Part shown: in pieces, positions 34,720-44,695 of the stretch
Layout: the number at the start of each line of letters is the position of its first letter
Numbering within the stretch: the first letter of the stretch is position 1
Assembly (NCBI GenBank): GCA_963769935.1
Contig: CAVYNY010000010.1
Span: 672,001 to 736,000, forward strand
From: an uncultured delta proteobacterium
Lineage (GTDB): Bacteria; Desulfobacterota; Desulfobacteria; Desulfobacterales; JAFDCJ01
DNA: 64,000 nucleotides
Reading direction: 5' to 3'
The notes under the pieces: generated by a model
What the model was told of the DNA's origin: nothing
What the model saw: the letters and a program-made list of their open reading frames with translations, nothing else
Database searches by the model: none
Position numbers and translations under genes: made by a program

Positions 34720-34983
34720 ACATCCCAGAATATTTGCATTTTTTATATTGCCGGCCGCGGCCCTGTCAAGAGCTAATCCAAGATCTTAATGATTCCGCGA
34801 TGTGCCGGGTCAGCGGCCCCTCCGTGGGCAATCATTCGCAGCATCTGTCGGCGGCCTGGAATTGCGCTCTTGACAAATCATAAAAAATGCGTAAACTTCT
34901 CTCAAAAAATTAAACCCAAACGACTCAAAATTTGGTATCATAATAAATAAAAGAAAATAACTCGGTTTCAGGAGGTAAAAAAT

Positions 34984-35187
34984 ATGCCGGTTTATGAATT
35001 TGAATGCGCGGATGGCCACGTCACAGAGGAACTCGTACCGATAGGAACCAAAACCGCCATATGTTCCAAATGCAATAAAACAGCGAAGAAAATCATCTCT
35101 CAGTGCTCATTCGAATTGAAAGGCGGCGGCTGGTATGCCGACGGATATTCATCCAGCGGATCCAAAAGCAGCAAAAAATCCGATTGA
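34984..35187 (+). CDS. FmdB family zinc-ribbon protein
   Basis: MPVYEFEC...CSKC...FELKGGGWYADGY. RBS AGGAGG. Confidence 0.9.
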   Translation: MPVYEFECADGHVTEELVPIGTKTAICSKCNKTAKKIISQCSFELKGGGWYADGYSSSGSKSSKKSD

Positions 35188-35284
35188 TACGCAAATTTTC
35201 GGTCAAAGACGTTTAGCAGCGCACCCGTAAAGAATTAAATTTTAAATAATTTAAAATACTTAAAAGGTAAATCCTCAAATAAAT

Positions 35285-35315
35285 CCGGCCTGTGACAACT
35301 CACAGGCCGGTTTTT
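35285..35315 (+). terminator. Rho-independent terminator
   Basis: CCGGCCTGTGA-CAAC-TCACAGGCCGG followed by TTTTT. Confidence 0.8.
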
Positions 35316-35738
35316 CTTTGGCCGAACGACCCGCTGCTGTTGCATCCCGGAAATAAATTAAAAAAATGATAACTATCCAATTTCCAATGCCGTCTTTTGT
35401 TTTGGAGATTGAAACATTGATGATATCGTGAAAAATCATTCCAACGGCTGGATTCCCGCGTAGGCGGGAATCCAGAAAATTCAGGGACTCTACTCTTTAC
35501 GATTTTATCGACATTGACTTTCTGAATTCATTTCGAATTTCGTGCCTCGGAATTCGACGTTACCGGACACTCTCAACCGCTGAAAGTTAAACCTTTTTGG
35601 TTCCGGCTTGTCCTGGCTAAGTTCTGGACTGCTAAAAAAGGGAATTTTCCGCCTGATCGGTGCCCCTCTTCCAATATTACAATAGATGGAAAATTTTCCA
35701 TGATAACAGGTGCGTGAGCATCATCTCAGGAGATCAAA

Positions 35739-36125
35739 ATGAAGGCAAAAAAAGTAAACGTGTCTGGTCTTGGTCGTCTCCCTGCCTTTTGCCATGCAGT
35801 GATTGCGGGGGATTTTATTTATGTTTCAGGTACATTGGGAACAAAATCAGACTCAATGGAGCTTGTAGAGGGTGGAACCGGGGCGGAAACCGCTCAGGCC
35901 CTTCAGAATATTGGCCTCATTTTAAAGGAATGCGGAGCCTCCCTGTCAGATCTTGTTAAAGTCAGTGTTTTTCTGGCAGACATAAAGACTTTTCCAGAAA
36001 TGAATCAGGCCTATCTTGAACTGATGGGCGGTGATCCACCCGCACGCATCACGGTTGGTGGAGCCGAATTAGCACGTGGAGCTGCGGTCGAGATTGATGC
36101 GGTTGGGTACAAGCCAAACGCTTAG
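35739..36125 (+). CDS. RidA/YjgF family protein
   Basis: IYVSGTLG, LVKVSVFLAD, PPARITVG, VEIDAV. Confidence 0.9.
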   Translation: MKAKKVNVSGLGRLPAFCHAVIAGDFIYVSGTLGTKSDSMELVEGGTGAETAQALQNIGLILKECGASLSDLVKVSVFLADIKTFPEMNQAYLELMGGDPPARITVGGAELARGAAVEIDAVGYKPNA

Positions 36126-36636
36126 ATCTACCGTCAATACGTCTTTTTAATCCTAATGCCAAGCTGCAAACCAGAGGAAACACGGTAACAACCCTATTTC
36201 TTATTGGGGTTAGTCTTGCTGGCTCGGCAGCGGGTAAAACACGGCGTTGAGAGGCAAATAGGGGACGGGTATTGATATATTGATCTACAAAAGTAAAAAA
36301 AGCTGAGAGGAAACTCGGGGACGTTGTTGACTGAGTTGACTAACTACTATCGCCACTTGCCCGAGATAGAATATCCAATCAATTCGTTTTTCTATTTGCC
36401 CTGCCATGCTCCCCAATAAGATAATTTTTTGGACGCAGCCAGCTTGCGCGCTCGTAAAAATCGAAGATTTTCAGCCCAATGTTTACAATCGCCGCTTTCA
36501 GAAGTGTTTCAAAATGGCCCTCACACCCCAAACGATATTTCCATCAAACAGCCAAAAGCCATTTCATCAGCACACTACATACATTGGACTTGTTTCACTT
36601 CCGTTTTGCCTGATTTGGGGGAAAGATCTGAATACT

Positions 36637-36797
36637 TAGGGCTCACTCAAAAATAACTTCACATTTTATACGCCCATGCATCCCGCCCGGCTGCGTTGCG
36701 AAAGCTCGGAATATCCAGATATTCCTGCGTTTTCGCGCCTTGCCGTCCGGGCGCCTCAACGCCTAATATTGTGAATTAATTTTTTCGTGAAACCTTA
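36637..36797. repeat. About 160-bp palindromic MITE-like element
   Basis: Left end TAGGGCTCACTCAAAAATAACTTCACA is imperfectly inverted to the right end TGTGAATTAATTTTTTCGTGAAACCTTA. Internal hairpin present. A related fragment TAAGGGCTCACTC lies at ~38076. Confidence 0.55.
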
Positions 36798-36876
36798 CGG
36801 GGGCTCGACTACTGTTTAAATTTTGCAATCTCATCACCGTTCATCTTATCCATCGCAAAGTTATATATAAAAGTCA

Positions 36877-37665
36877 TTATTGAAGTTTTATGTAAAAGTC
36901 ATTATTGGTTAATTTGCGCCATCCTGGTGGTTGATAAATGAATCCGTACCCTATTTTTCTCCCTTCGCTCATATCAAAATAAGGGGACCAACCAGGTGGA
37001 CCGGAGTTCCCGTCAATGGATCGGATCTCATGCCCTTTGCCCGCGCTCCGGACATCTGAGATAAAGCCGATGTGATTATTGGGAATTGGATGGTAATACA
37101 TATCGCCAGGTTTGGGCGCGTATTGATGCAAAAATACGGGATAATCCTGGTAAGCACCTCCATGACTTTTAAGAAATCGAGGGATGGATCCCCCGATACG
37201 TGGAAGGGGAGAAACCTTGGCCTGCCAAAGGCACCAGTGAACGAAATAGCTGCACCAACTGATTGTCAGCGCACTGTGTTTCGTATAGGATTTTCCAGTG
37301 GAGTATTTGAAGTATTCCAGAATACGGCTTTCATACTTCGCCCAGTGAACCGGCTTACTCAATTCAGCGTTGGCAAAAGAAATAACTTTGGCTCTTAGGG
37401 CATTTGCCTGTTGATTAGCCGGCGGCATCGGGGGATTTAAAACCTGAGCAATAAAGTTTAGGAGAACTGCCCATGTATGTGACCCGACAATTCCATCCGG
37501 CACCAGGTTATTGCTGCTTTGAAATTCCTTCACCCTGCCAACTGTTTTAATACCGTAAATACCATCAACATTGAGTCTCGGCAAGGAAGATGTCAGCTGG
37601 TTCAGACCTTGCTGCAATTTCTTTACGTCATCACCTGTTGAACTGTAACGCAATGTTCTGTTCAT
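36877..37665 (-). CDS. Peptidoglycan-binding domain plus CHAP-like amidase/peptidase
   Basis: LRYSSTGDDVKKLQQ...DGIYG..T...FQ...DGIVG..TW (PG_binding_1), then WCSYFVHWC, PGD, HIGFI and IDGNS. RBS GGGAGG. No signal peptide. Confidence 0.8.
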   Translation of the reverse strand: MNRTLRYSSTGDDVKKLQQGLNQLTSSLPRLNVDGIYGIKTVGRVKEFQSSNNLVPDGIVGSHTWAVLLNFIAQVLNPPMPPANQQANALRAKVISFANAELSKPVHWAKYESRILEYFKYSTGKSYTKHSALTISWCSYFVHWCLWQAKVSPLPRIGGSIPRFLKSHGGAYQDYPVFLHQYAPKPGDMYYHPIPNNHIGFISDVRSAGKGHEIRSIDGNSGPPGWSPYFDMSEGRKIGYGFIYQPPGWRKLTNNDFYIKLQ

Positions 37666-38431
37666 AATTATCCCTCCCTTTGTCGGGTTTTTCGGTCTGC
37701 GAGATAATAGCAACACTGCTCACCGTAATATGATGAGCAATCGGATGCGGAATTTACCCCTTAGTTGCATAAACAACATGGCAAAGATTAGGGTAATGCC
37801 ATTTTCATGCAACTTCAAGGTATCAATCGGTCCATGGCCAAGACTATATATGGCGGCCCGACCGAGTTCATCGCGGTTGGAAACCGCTCCCACAACATCT
37901 TAAAACTTTTCTCAGGTTTCCAAAAAGTTTCATCTTCGATGATGAATGGCCGGCCAGGTCGATCGCCGATATTTTTAAAGCGAATTCAAACGCTAAAATG
38001 GAATTCGTTGTCGAAAACAATCACGTGTTGAAAAAGCTTGTCCGGCAGGATCATGCGACACCCATTAAATCGGCTAAGGGCTCACTCTAAAATGTGAAAA
38101 TTATTGGCTGGGAGGATTGGGTATTGGAATTTTTATTTGACACCTTGGATATTATATGGGTAATTAAGGTTATAATTTATTTTCAATCCCTTAAGTGGCA
38201 CTTCAACGGAGGATTTATGTCCAGATTTTCAAGGCCCCGTCTCTCATAGAGAGGTGGGGTTTTGTTTTGCGCGGTACCCAAATGAGATTCGGAGGCGATT
38301 TCACCATGAGGCCCTGAGTTGAGGCCACTGAAGAAGCAATCCCGGCCCACGACGTCCGCCCGGACCTCCATGGAATTGAGCTAAACCTCGCACTGCCTTG
38401 CGAAATGTGATAAATCTCTCGAAGGGGATTT

Positions 38432-40201
38432 ATGAGAACAATGCTGTTCACGCGAAGCCAGGCCATCAAGCAGGCCTTGAAACGCTACCATCTGAATAAG
38501 CACATACTGACCTTGCTCATTGCCGCAATTATCGGCTTCTTGAGCGGCTACGGCGCCGTCCTTTTTCGCCTTTTGATCAAAGGCGCCCAGTATGTCTTCT
38601 ACAGAAATACCGGTGATATTCTCTCCTTTTCTCATGCGCTTCCTGTCTATATTATCGTCGGCATTCCCTGCCTCGGCGGGCTCATGGTCGGGCTGATCGT
38701 AACCTTTGCAGCCAGCGAGGCCAAGGGACACGGTGTGCCGGAAGTCATGGAAGCGGTGGCCCTTCGAAACGGGCGGATCCGTAAACGGGTGGCCGCGGCC
38801 AAGATCCTGGCTTCTGCCATTTGTATCGGATCGGGCGGGTCTGTGGGACGGGAAGGTCCCATCGTCCAGATCGGATCCTCTCTCGGCTCCACTGCAGCAC
38901 AGATATTCAACGTTGCACGAGCGGACCAGAAGACAATGGTAGGATGCGGTGCTGCCGCCGGTATCGCCGCCACCTTCAACGCCCCCATCGCAGGCGTCCT
39001 GTTTGCCCTGGAAATCCTTCTGGGCGATTTTGGAATTGCCTCCTTTTCCCCGGTTGTTCTGTCTTCCGTGACGGCCACTACCATTTCCCGGCATTATTTC
39101 GGAGATTTTCCTGCATTCACCATCCCCGCCTATCATCTGAATACCCTGTGGGAGTTTGCCCTCTACCCCTTCCTCGGGCTCTTTGCCGGTCTTGTGGCTC
39201 TTTTGTTCATTGTGACCTTGTACAAGACGGAGGATCTCTTTGATGCCATTTCGCTACCCCAGTGGTTGAAACCGGCCATTGGGGGACTTTTGCTCGGACT
39301 CATCCTGATTAAATTTCCCCATGTATTTGGGGTGGGTTACGGTGCTATCAACGAGGCCCTCTTCAACAAATTGTCCGGGATTTTCTTGATCTCACTGATT
39401 TTTTTGAAAATTGCGGCCACGTCCATTACCCTCGGGTCCGGCGGATCGGGCGGCATTTTCGCCCCTTCCCTCTTCATTGGGGCAATGGCCGGAGGATTCT
39501 TTGGTTGGATCGCGAACATCTTTTTCCCCTCTTTGACTGCATCTCCGGCAGCCTACGCCCTCGTCGGGATGGGTGCGGTAGTCGCGGGGGCAACCCACGC
39601 GCCGATCACCGCTATTATCATCATCTTTGAATTGAGCGGCAACTATAAGATCATTCTCCCCATGATGATCACCTGCATCCTGAGTACGATGCTGGCCTCT
39701 TCCTTGAAGAAAGGATCCATTTACACCATCAAATTGCTGCGCAGGGGTGTGGATGTCTCGGGCGGTATGGAACAAAACCTTCTGCGGTCCATGGAGGTTG
39801 GACAATTCATGCTGAACGGCCCTCCCACGATCCCCGAGGGGATGCCGTTGCAGGACTTGATAAGGACTTTTAAAACAGAAGATGTCTCCTACCTGCACGT
39901 GGTGGACGAAAATAAAGACCTGACGGGAATCATCTCTTTCAGAGATATCAGGCCCCTCTTCCAGGAAGAACATCTGCTTTTGCTGGTCGTGGCAAAAGAT
40001 GTCGCGACCACAAACCTGAAGACCGTGAACCGGCAGGACAGCATTCTGAAAGCGCTCCAGATCATGAGCGACCTCGGTATCTCTCAGCTCCCCGTGCTTG
40101 GCGGGGAAAACGGAAAGAAGGTAATCGGCACGCTCAGGGACAAGGATGTGATAGCGGCCTACGACAAAGCCATCATTCGCCATGAGATCGAGACCGGCTG
40201 A
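38432..40201 (+). CDS. CLC family chloride channel/transporter with CBS domains
   Basis: GHGVPEV, GREGP, GIAATFNAP, GGIFAPSL and a C-terminal CBS pair. Confidence 0.93.
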   Translation: MRTMLFTRSQAIKQALKRYHLNKHILTLLIAAIIGFLSGYGAVLFRLLIKGAQYVFYRNTGDILSFSHALPVYIIVGIPCLGGLMVGLIVTFAASEAKGHGVPEVMEAVALRNGRIRKRVAAAKILASAICIGSGGSVGREGPIVQIGSSLGSTAAQIFNVARADQKTMVGCGAAAGIAATFNAPIAGVLFALEILLGDFGIASFSPVVLSSVTATTISRHYFGDFPAFTIPAYHLNTLWEFALYPFLGLFAGLVALLFIVTLYKTEDLFDAISLPQWLKPAIGGLLLGLILIKFPHVFGVGYGAINEALFNKLSGIFLISLIFLKIAATSITLGSGGSGGIFAPSLFIGAMAGGFFGWIANIFFPSLTASPAAYALVGMGAVVAGATHAPITAIIIIFELSGNYKIILPMMITCILSTMLASSLKKGSIYTIKLLRRGVDVSGGMEQNLLRSMEVGQFMLNGPPTIPEGMPLQDLIRTFKTEDVSYLHVVDENKDLTGIISFRDIRPLFQEEHLLLLVVAKDVATTNLKTVNRQDSILKALQIMSDLGISQLPVLGGENGKKVIGTLRDKDVIAAYDKAIIRHEIETG

Positions 40202-40478
40202 AATTGCAATGATTCAGTCTCATCAACAGTTGGAGTTCTATCACAATTTCAGTGATTACTGTGTTCTCGCCAGTATACACACACAAACCAAAGGTCAAAA
40301 TTTCATTGCTTGACTCATCCCTTCGAATCGTGTAATTATCTTGTAACAAGCTTAAATCACATCAGATCTGACACTGAATTTCAGTATTTGCATCTAATCT
40401 AACCCCATTCTTGAGCTGGCAGTACCTGTCTAAAACGTATCATCTTCTTCAAAACCAGAAAATAGAAGGTGATTATAG

Positions 40479-40640
40479 ATGCGAACTGCATTAGTTGAAA
40501 TCTTCGACAGAAATGGATTCATCCATCTGTTCATCATCGCCTTAGTAGTTACCTGCTGCTTGATCTATGGCCTTTGGTTTGCGTTTCTATATCCTGCCAT
40601 TCTCAAGAAATTGCTGATTAACTGGAAGAACATCACCTAA
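40479..40640 (+). CDS. Putative 53-aa small membrane protein
   Basis: Hand translation MRTALVEIFDRNGFIHLFIIALVVTCCLIYGLWFAFLYPAILKKLLINWKNIT. RBS-like AAGGTGA. Confidence 0.45.
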   Translation: MRTALVEIFDRNGFIHLFIIALVVTCCLIYGLWFAFLYPAILKKLLINWKNIT

Positions 40641-40884
40641 GAGTTTAGAAATTTTTTTCGCGTCCTTGTCTTTCAATTTCTGATTTATTTAAGTGCAACC
40701 CGCGCGGTTCGGAAATAATAGCCTGCTTAAATAAAAGGATTGAATGTCAGCCCTAAAACAGATAAAAAGCTCTAAATATTGGTGATATCTGTTTTATATC
40801 GGTATTTTCAGTAAGTTGTAAGATCGGCAGGCAATTTTGGATTTTTGGAGACTTGAAAATTAAGATCACAATGGAGAATTGACC

Positions 40885-41451
40885 ATGCAAATAACGACGC
40901 TGCTGGGTAGTGCCAAAAAGAAAGGAAACACCGCAACTGTTTTAAGTTGGGTTGAGAAGGAACTCGAATCGTCAGGCCATAATGTAGACCGTATCTACCT
41001 CAATAAAAAAACTATTAATGGTTGTCTGGGATGTGCCAAATGCAGGGAGACCCCAAATGAGATCGCCTGCGTCCAAAAAGATGATGCAATTGATATAATG
41101 GAACAAATGATATCATCCGATGCGGTCCTGTATGCTTCACCGATCTATTTTTGGGGATTTTCAGCCCAAATTAAGGCGCTTATCGACCGATGCTACTCCC
41201 TCGTCACAAACTACCATAAACCGGGACATTCTTCATTAATGAAAGGAAAACGCATCGGCCTGTTGGTCACCGGAGCAGACGCCTATGAGCATAATGCCGA
41301 AGGCCTGTTTACAACCTTCGATCGGATTGTGGACTATTTGTTGGCCCAAAAAACTGGTGAACTGTACGTAGGTGAATGCAGCGTGCCCTCCGAGTTACCG
41401 CAAGAAGCCAGGGATCAGGCCATAAAGCTGGCTCGATCCCTGGTGGGATGA
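40885..41451 (+). CDS. Flavodoxin family protein (iron-sulfur flavoprotein/NADPH-dependent FMN reductase)
   Basis: LGSAKKKGNT, CLGCAKC...C, ASPIYFWG, KALIDR. Confidence 0.88.
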   Translation: MQITTLLGSAKKKGNTATVLSWVEKELESSGHNVDRIYLNKKTINGCLGCAKCRETPNEIACVQKDDAIDIMEQMISSDAVLYASPIYFWGFSAQIKALIDRCYSLVTNYHKPGHSSLMKGKRIGLLVTGADAYEHNAEGLFTTFDRIVDYLLAQKTGELYVGECSVPSELPQEARDQAIKLARSLVG

Positions 41452-41603
41452 TCATTCCATTCGCCTTTGCCAGGGTACTCTGCAGCTTGCGGCAGAGAGG
41501 AATGGCGAGGCGACCGCGCCGTAGCTCGTGAGAGCGAAGGCGGGTAAGGCTTCGGCGCAATTCCGCTCAAGAGACTCCGCAGCTTGCTGCGGGGAGTTTC
41601 ATT
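41452..41603. repeat. REP-like element with two GCAGCTTGC(T/G)GC hairpins
   Basis: CTCTGCAGCTTGCGGCAGAG at ~41478 and CTCCGCAGCTTGCTGCGGGGAG at ~41575. Confidence 0.55.
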
Positions 41604-42279
41604 GTAGTTTCCGGAATAACCAAAACATCGCGGCCCTTATCCCAACTTCAATTGATTTATTAATCTACCTGCCTGATGACGCCTCTGCAATCCAATTTTT
41701 TATCTTTTGAGTTCATTTCTGATTAGGTAAACAAAACCACATTGTGGTATTTTTTTCACATAGTTAAAGATATTTTTTCATAGTTTTAGGGGGTTCAAAT
41801 TACGTCGACTGATTTATGTTGCTGAAATTATATGTAATTTTAAAAACATACTCTAAATCATTACAATTGCATGATTTTTGCTTAAGGAAAAAGTAAATGA
41901 GATAAATTGATATCGATAGAAATACAATTGAATCATGCGAGTCTGGAACACTAATAAAGTTTGGCTATTAATCGGCCTGACCTATATCGGCTTTTATCTT
42001 TTTATTGGTTTTAAGGCCGTGGCCCATATGGTCGCTATTTTTCAAATAAAATTTTTCCCGCACAATCGCAGTCAACAAAATAAAGTTAAAAAAATTTTTC
42101 AGCAGTAAATAATATCAGATACCCTGAATCTTTTTTTTATCTTTGCATTAGAAATCATTTATCAATCGTTTCTATTTTATCTCCGATAAAGCGAGGTCAG
42201 GGAAACCAACCCTTATCTTAAAGATTGTTTAGAAGCCTTGGACTATGAATTTTTCAACTTATCTGAATGGGTGAAGGAA

Positions 42280-42450
42280 ATGGAGAGGTCTGCAAATAGA
42301 ACAACCGGCATTAAATTTTTGATAAGGAAATTCAAGAATCAATTCAACATTCCAGAGAACCTCAATCACTATTCCGAAATGGACTATCAGAGAGCTGAAA
42401 AGAGATATGTGAAATACTGCCTGCAAAAAGGCAGATGCCTACTGAGGTAG
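42280..42450 (+). CDS. Small hypothetical protein
   Basis: KFKNQFNIPENLNHYS..DY..AE..YVKYCL, a coherent protein-like sequence. The start is uncertain. Confidence 0.55.
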   Translation: MERSANRTTGIKFLIRKFKNQFNIPENLNHYSEMDYQRAEKRYVKYCLQKGRCLLR

Positions 42451-42993
42451 TATTTTACTCAATAACAGTTTGCCGAGGGACAATTTCCATTTTCCTGGAA
42501 GGCAGGGCCCCTTCCGCATCATCCGTTGTCGCCCGGCATTATGATTAGCGGGGTGCCTATGTCTTTGTTTTTGAGCACTGCATTCAGCGACCTTTTAATT
42601 CCTAAATGGATATGTCTAGCACTCGCTTGGTTTATACTTGTAGCCGGACTTTCGAACCGGAAATATCCATTGTGGTTCGGGGCAACACTTATTATCATGT
42701 TTTCGGCAATCGTTTATGGTATTATTCAGCTCCGATAAGTCAAGCTACCCTGCATTTTTCACACAGAATTTGGACACAGTTGTGAACTGATTTCCATAAT
42801 ATACAGAAAGATGTTTCATAATCTGAACTATACAGGTGAATGCTTTTCACGTTTAATCTACTGTTATATCGCAACATTTTTCTGTTAAGTAAAATTGGCA
42901 CATTTGCTGCAGTTATTATTTACCTAAGATATTGCAAAGGGGAGTTCCAAAATTCAAATGCTTATATAAAAATAGATACTGAGAGGTTCAAAA

Positions 42994-43380
42994 ATGGCAA
43001 ACTCAGGTCAAATAGGAATTGGTGAAAACATCATTAAATCTACAAAATCGGAGATGCAGTTCCTGAAATCTATTCTTGACAAACTCGAGCTGCCATATGT
43101 TCTTGATAACGTCAGCTTTCACAACACACTATTGGATTTACACCGCATGAAAACTATCCACAACACCAATATATGGAAAGTTGAAAGGGATGGTAGTGTG
43201 AGTTTAAAAAACCGATTTGGTCATAATGGCCGGTTTTCCTATCGCTATCTTCGCATGCCGAACCTGATAGAGTTTCAATTCGTTGATCTGGACATTTTAA
43301 CAGAAGAGGAAACAGAGTTCTTAGGCTACCTGATTTATGAAGCTGAAACTATTCCTGCACTATCCATAAAAGCTGGATAA
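42994..43380 (+). CDS. Hypothetical protein
   Basis: 128-aa ORF with RBS GAGAGG in AT-rich DNA. Confidence 0.6.
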   Translation: MANSGQIGIGENIIKSTKSEMQFLKSILDKLELPYVLDNVSFHNTLLDLHRMKTIHNTNIWKVERDGSVSLKNRFGHNGRFSYRYLRMPNLIEFQFVDLDILTEEETEFLGYLIYEAETIPALSIKAG

Positions 43381-43457
43381 GATTGAATTGTGACTTTTAA
43401 AAATATATAAATGACTTACCCAATGTATACTCAATTGCGTTAGGCAAAGAGGCCAGT

Positions 43458-43694
43458 ATGAAATCCGCGTCTCCTTGGGTTTATTTCAATGATGATGAGG
43501 TTGAGCTAAGACAGATTATTATCCACTGTGGCAGCAAAAGAAACCAGAGAAAGTTTACCGTCAGCGAGGCGGAGAGTCAGGGTTTAATCAAAGTTGAATC
43601 AGAACCTAATACTCTGGGCGGTGATAGATTCTCAAAAGCAATTGTGATTTTAAAAAAGGACGTTAGACTTTGTCTTTCAACGAAAACTCTTTGA
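43458..43694 (+). CDS. Hypothetical protein
   Basis: 78-aa ORF with RBS AGAGG. Confidence 0.5.
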   Translation: MKSASPWVYFNDDEVELRQIIIHCGSKRNQRKFTVSEAESQGLIKVESEPNTLGGDRFSKAIVILKKDVRLCLSTKTL

Positions 43695-43775
43695 TTAATT
43701 GATATTCATCATGAGAGGCGGCTGTGGTTATTCTTTCAATAGTCGCTTTTCTTTTTTTTCCGATGGAGATTTATT

Positions 43776-44115
43776 ATGCGAATTGCTGTTTTTGGAGCAG
43801 GTTCCGTAGGCGGGTACTTCGGAGGGCGGTTGGCGATAGCCGGGGAAGATGTCATTTTTATTGCCCGTGGAGAGCATTTGAATGCGATGCTGACTCATGG
43901 TCTGCAAAATGACTCTCTATGATGGGCTTGTGCCGCAGTCAACCGCCTCATTGCAGCGTGACGTTATGAAGGAGCGCCCTCCAGAGTTGGAAGCACAGAT
44001 TGGTGTGGTGGTGCACTTTGGGCAGGAATCTGATGTGGCAACCCCGCTGCACACATTTATCTACCACAGTTTGCTGCCCATGGAATTACGAGCACGGAGG
44101 TCAACTTCAGTTTGA
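43776..44115 (+). pseudogene. panE: 2-dehydropantoate 2-reductase remnant with a large internal deletion
   Basis: MRIAVFGAGSVGGYFGGRLAIAGEDVIFIARGEH (N-terminus, from 43776) abuts TASLQRDVM..RPPELEAQIG...ATP (C-terminus). Confidence 0.85.
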
Positions 44116-44172
44116 TGGGTGAAGTCAATGCCCGGCCCACCGGGACAGGATTCTTGACCTTCCTTTGCCAGG

Positions 44173-44466
44173 TTATCCACCACCGCTGATTTTCCATGCT
44201 TTGTATTTGATGAGATCCTTCTCCAAAAAATACAAAGATAAGCCCAGAATAGCCGCGTCATCGATCTGGCCGAGGCCGAAAATATAATCCGGTATCAGGT
44301 CGATTGGGCTTATTATGTATGCCAGGGCGACTATGAATATGACAATCGATTTGGCTGAAACATCCCTGTAGGTTCCTTGCCAGTAGTCTTTGATCAGGGG
44401 GAACAGCAGTTTGAGATCCTGAAATAGCCGGGCTAAAAGACCGAATCTGACATTGTTTCGCGGCAT
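44173..44466 (-). CDS. DUF1232/YkvA family membrane protein
   Basis: YIISPIDLIPDYIFGLGQIDDA. Confidence 0.9.
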   Translation of the reverse strand: MPRNNVRFGLLARLFQDLKLLFPLIKDYWQGTYRDVSAKSIVIFIVALAYIISPIDLIPDYIFGLGQIDDAAILGLSLYFLEKDLIKYKAWKISGGG

Positions 44467-44695
44467 GTTGAATTCTATTGCTTTAGCCTGTTGATTCCGG
44501 TTCCGCAGGGCGGACCATTTTAAAGATCATCGTACCGAATATGCCCAGAAGGTGCCGATAGCTAGTGGGCTGCGGTTATCGGTATCGTCAAAACCAAACA
44601 ACAATCCGTCCTCAATTTCGAATTTAGCACCGCATTCCGGGCAGCCGATCTCGTTGCGCCCGAATCCAACGCATCGGTTCAGGCAGAACGGGCAT

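Noticed and set aside
38183..38345. 6S RNA
   Set aside because: Only a partial outer stem is present, no central bubble could be verified and the gene context is atypical. Kept only as an unnamed structured leader.
38381..40183. Long minus-strand ORFs (251 and 263 aa)
   Set aside because: Antisense to the well-supported CLC gene, as expected from codon bias.
41660..41690. CTGATGACGCCT resembling the 3' end of a fluoride riboswitch
   Set aside because: The 5' GGCGATGG..TTCGCC element is missing and no relevant gene follows.
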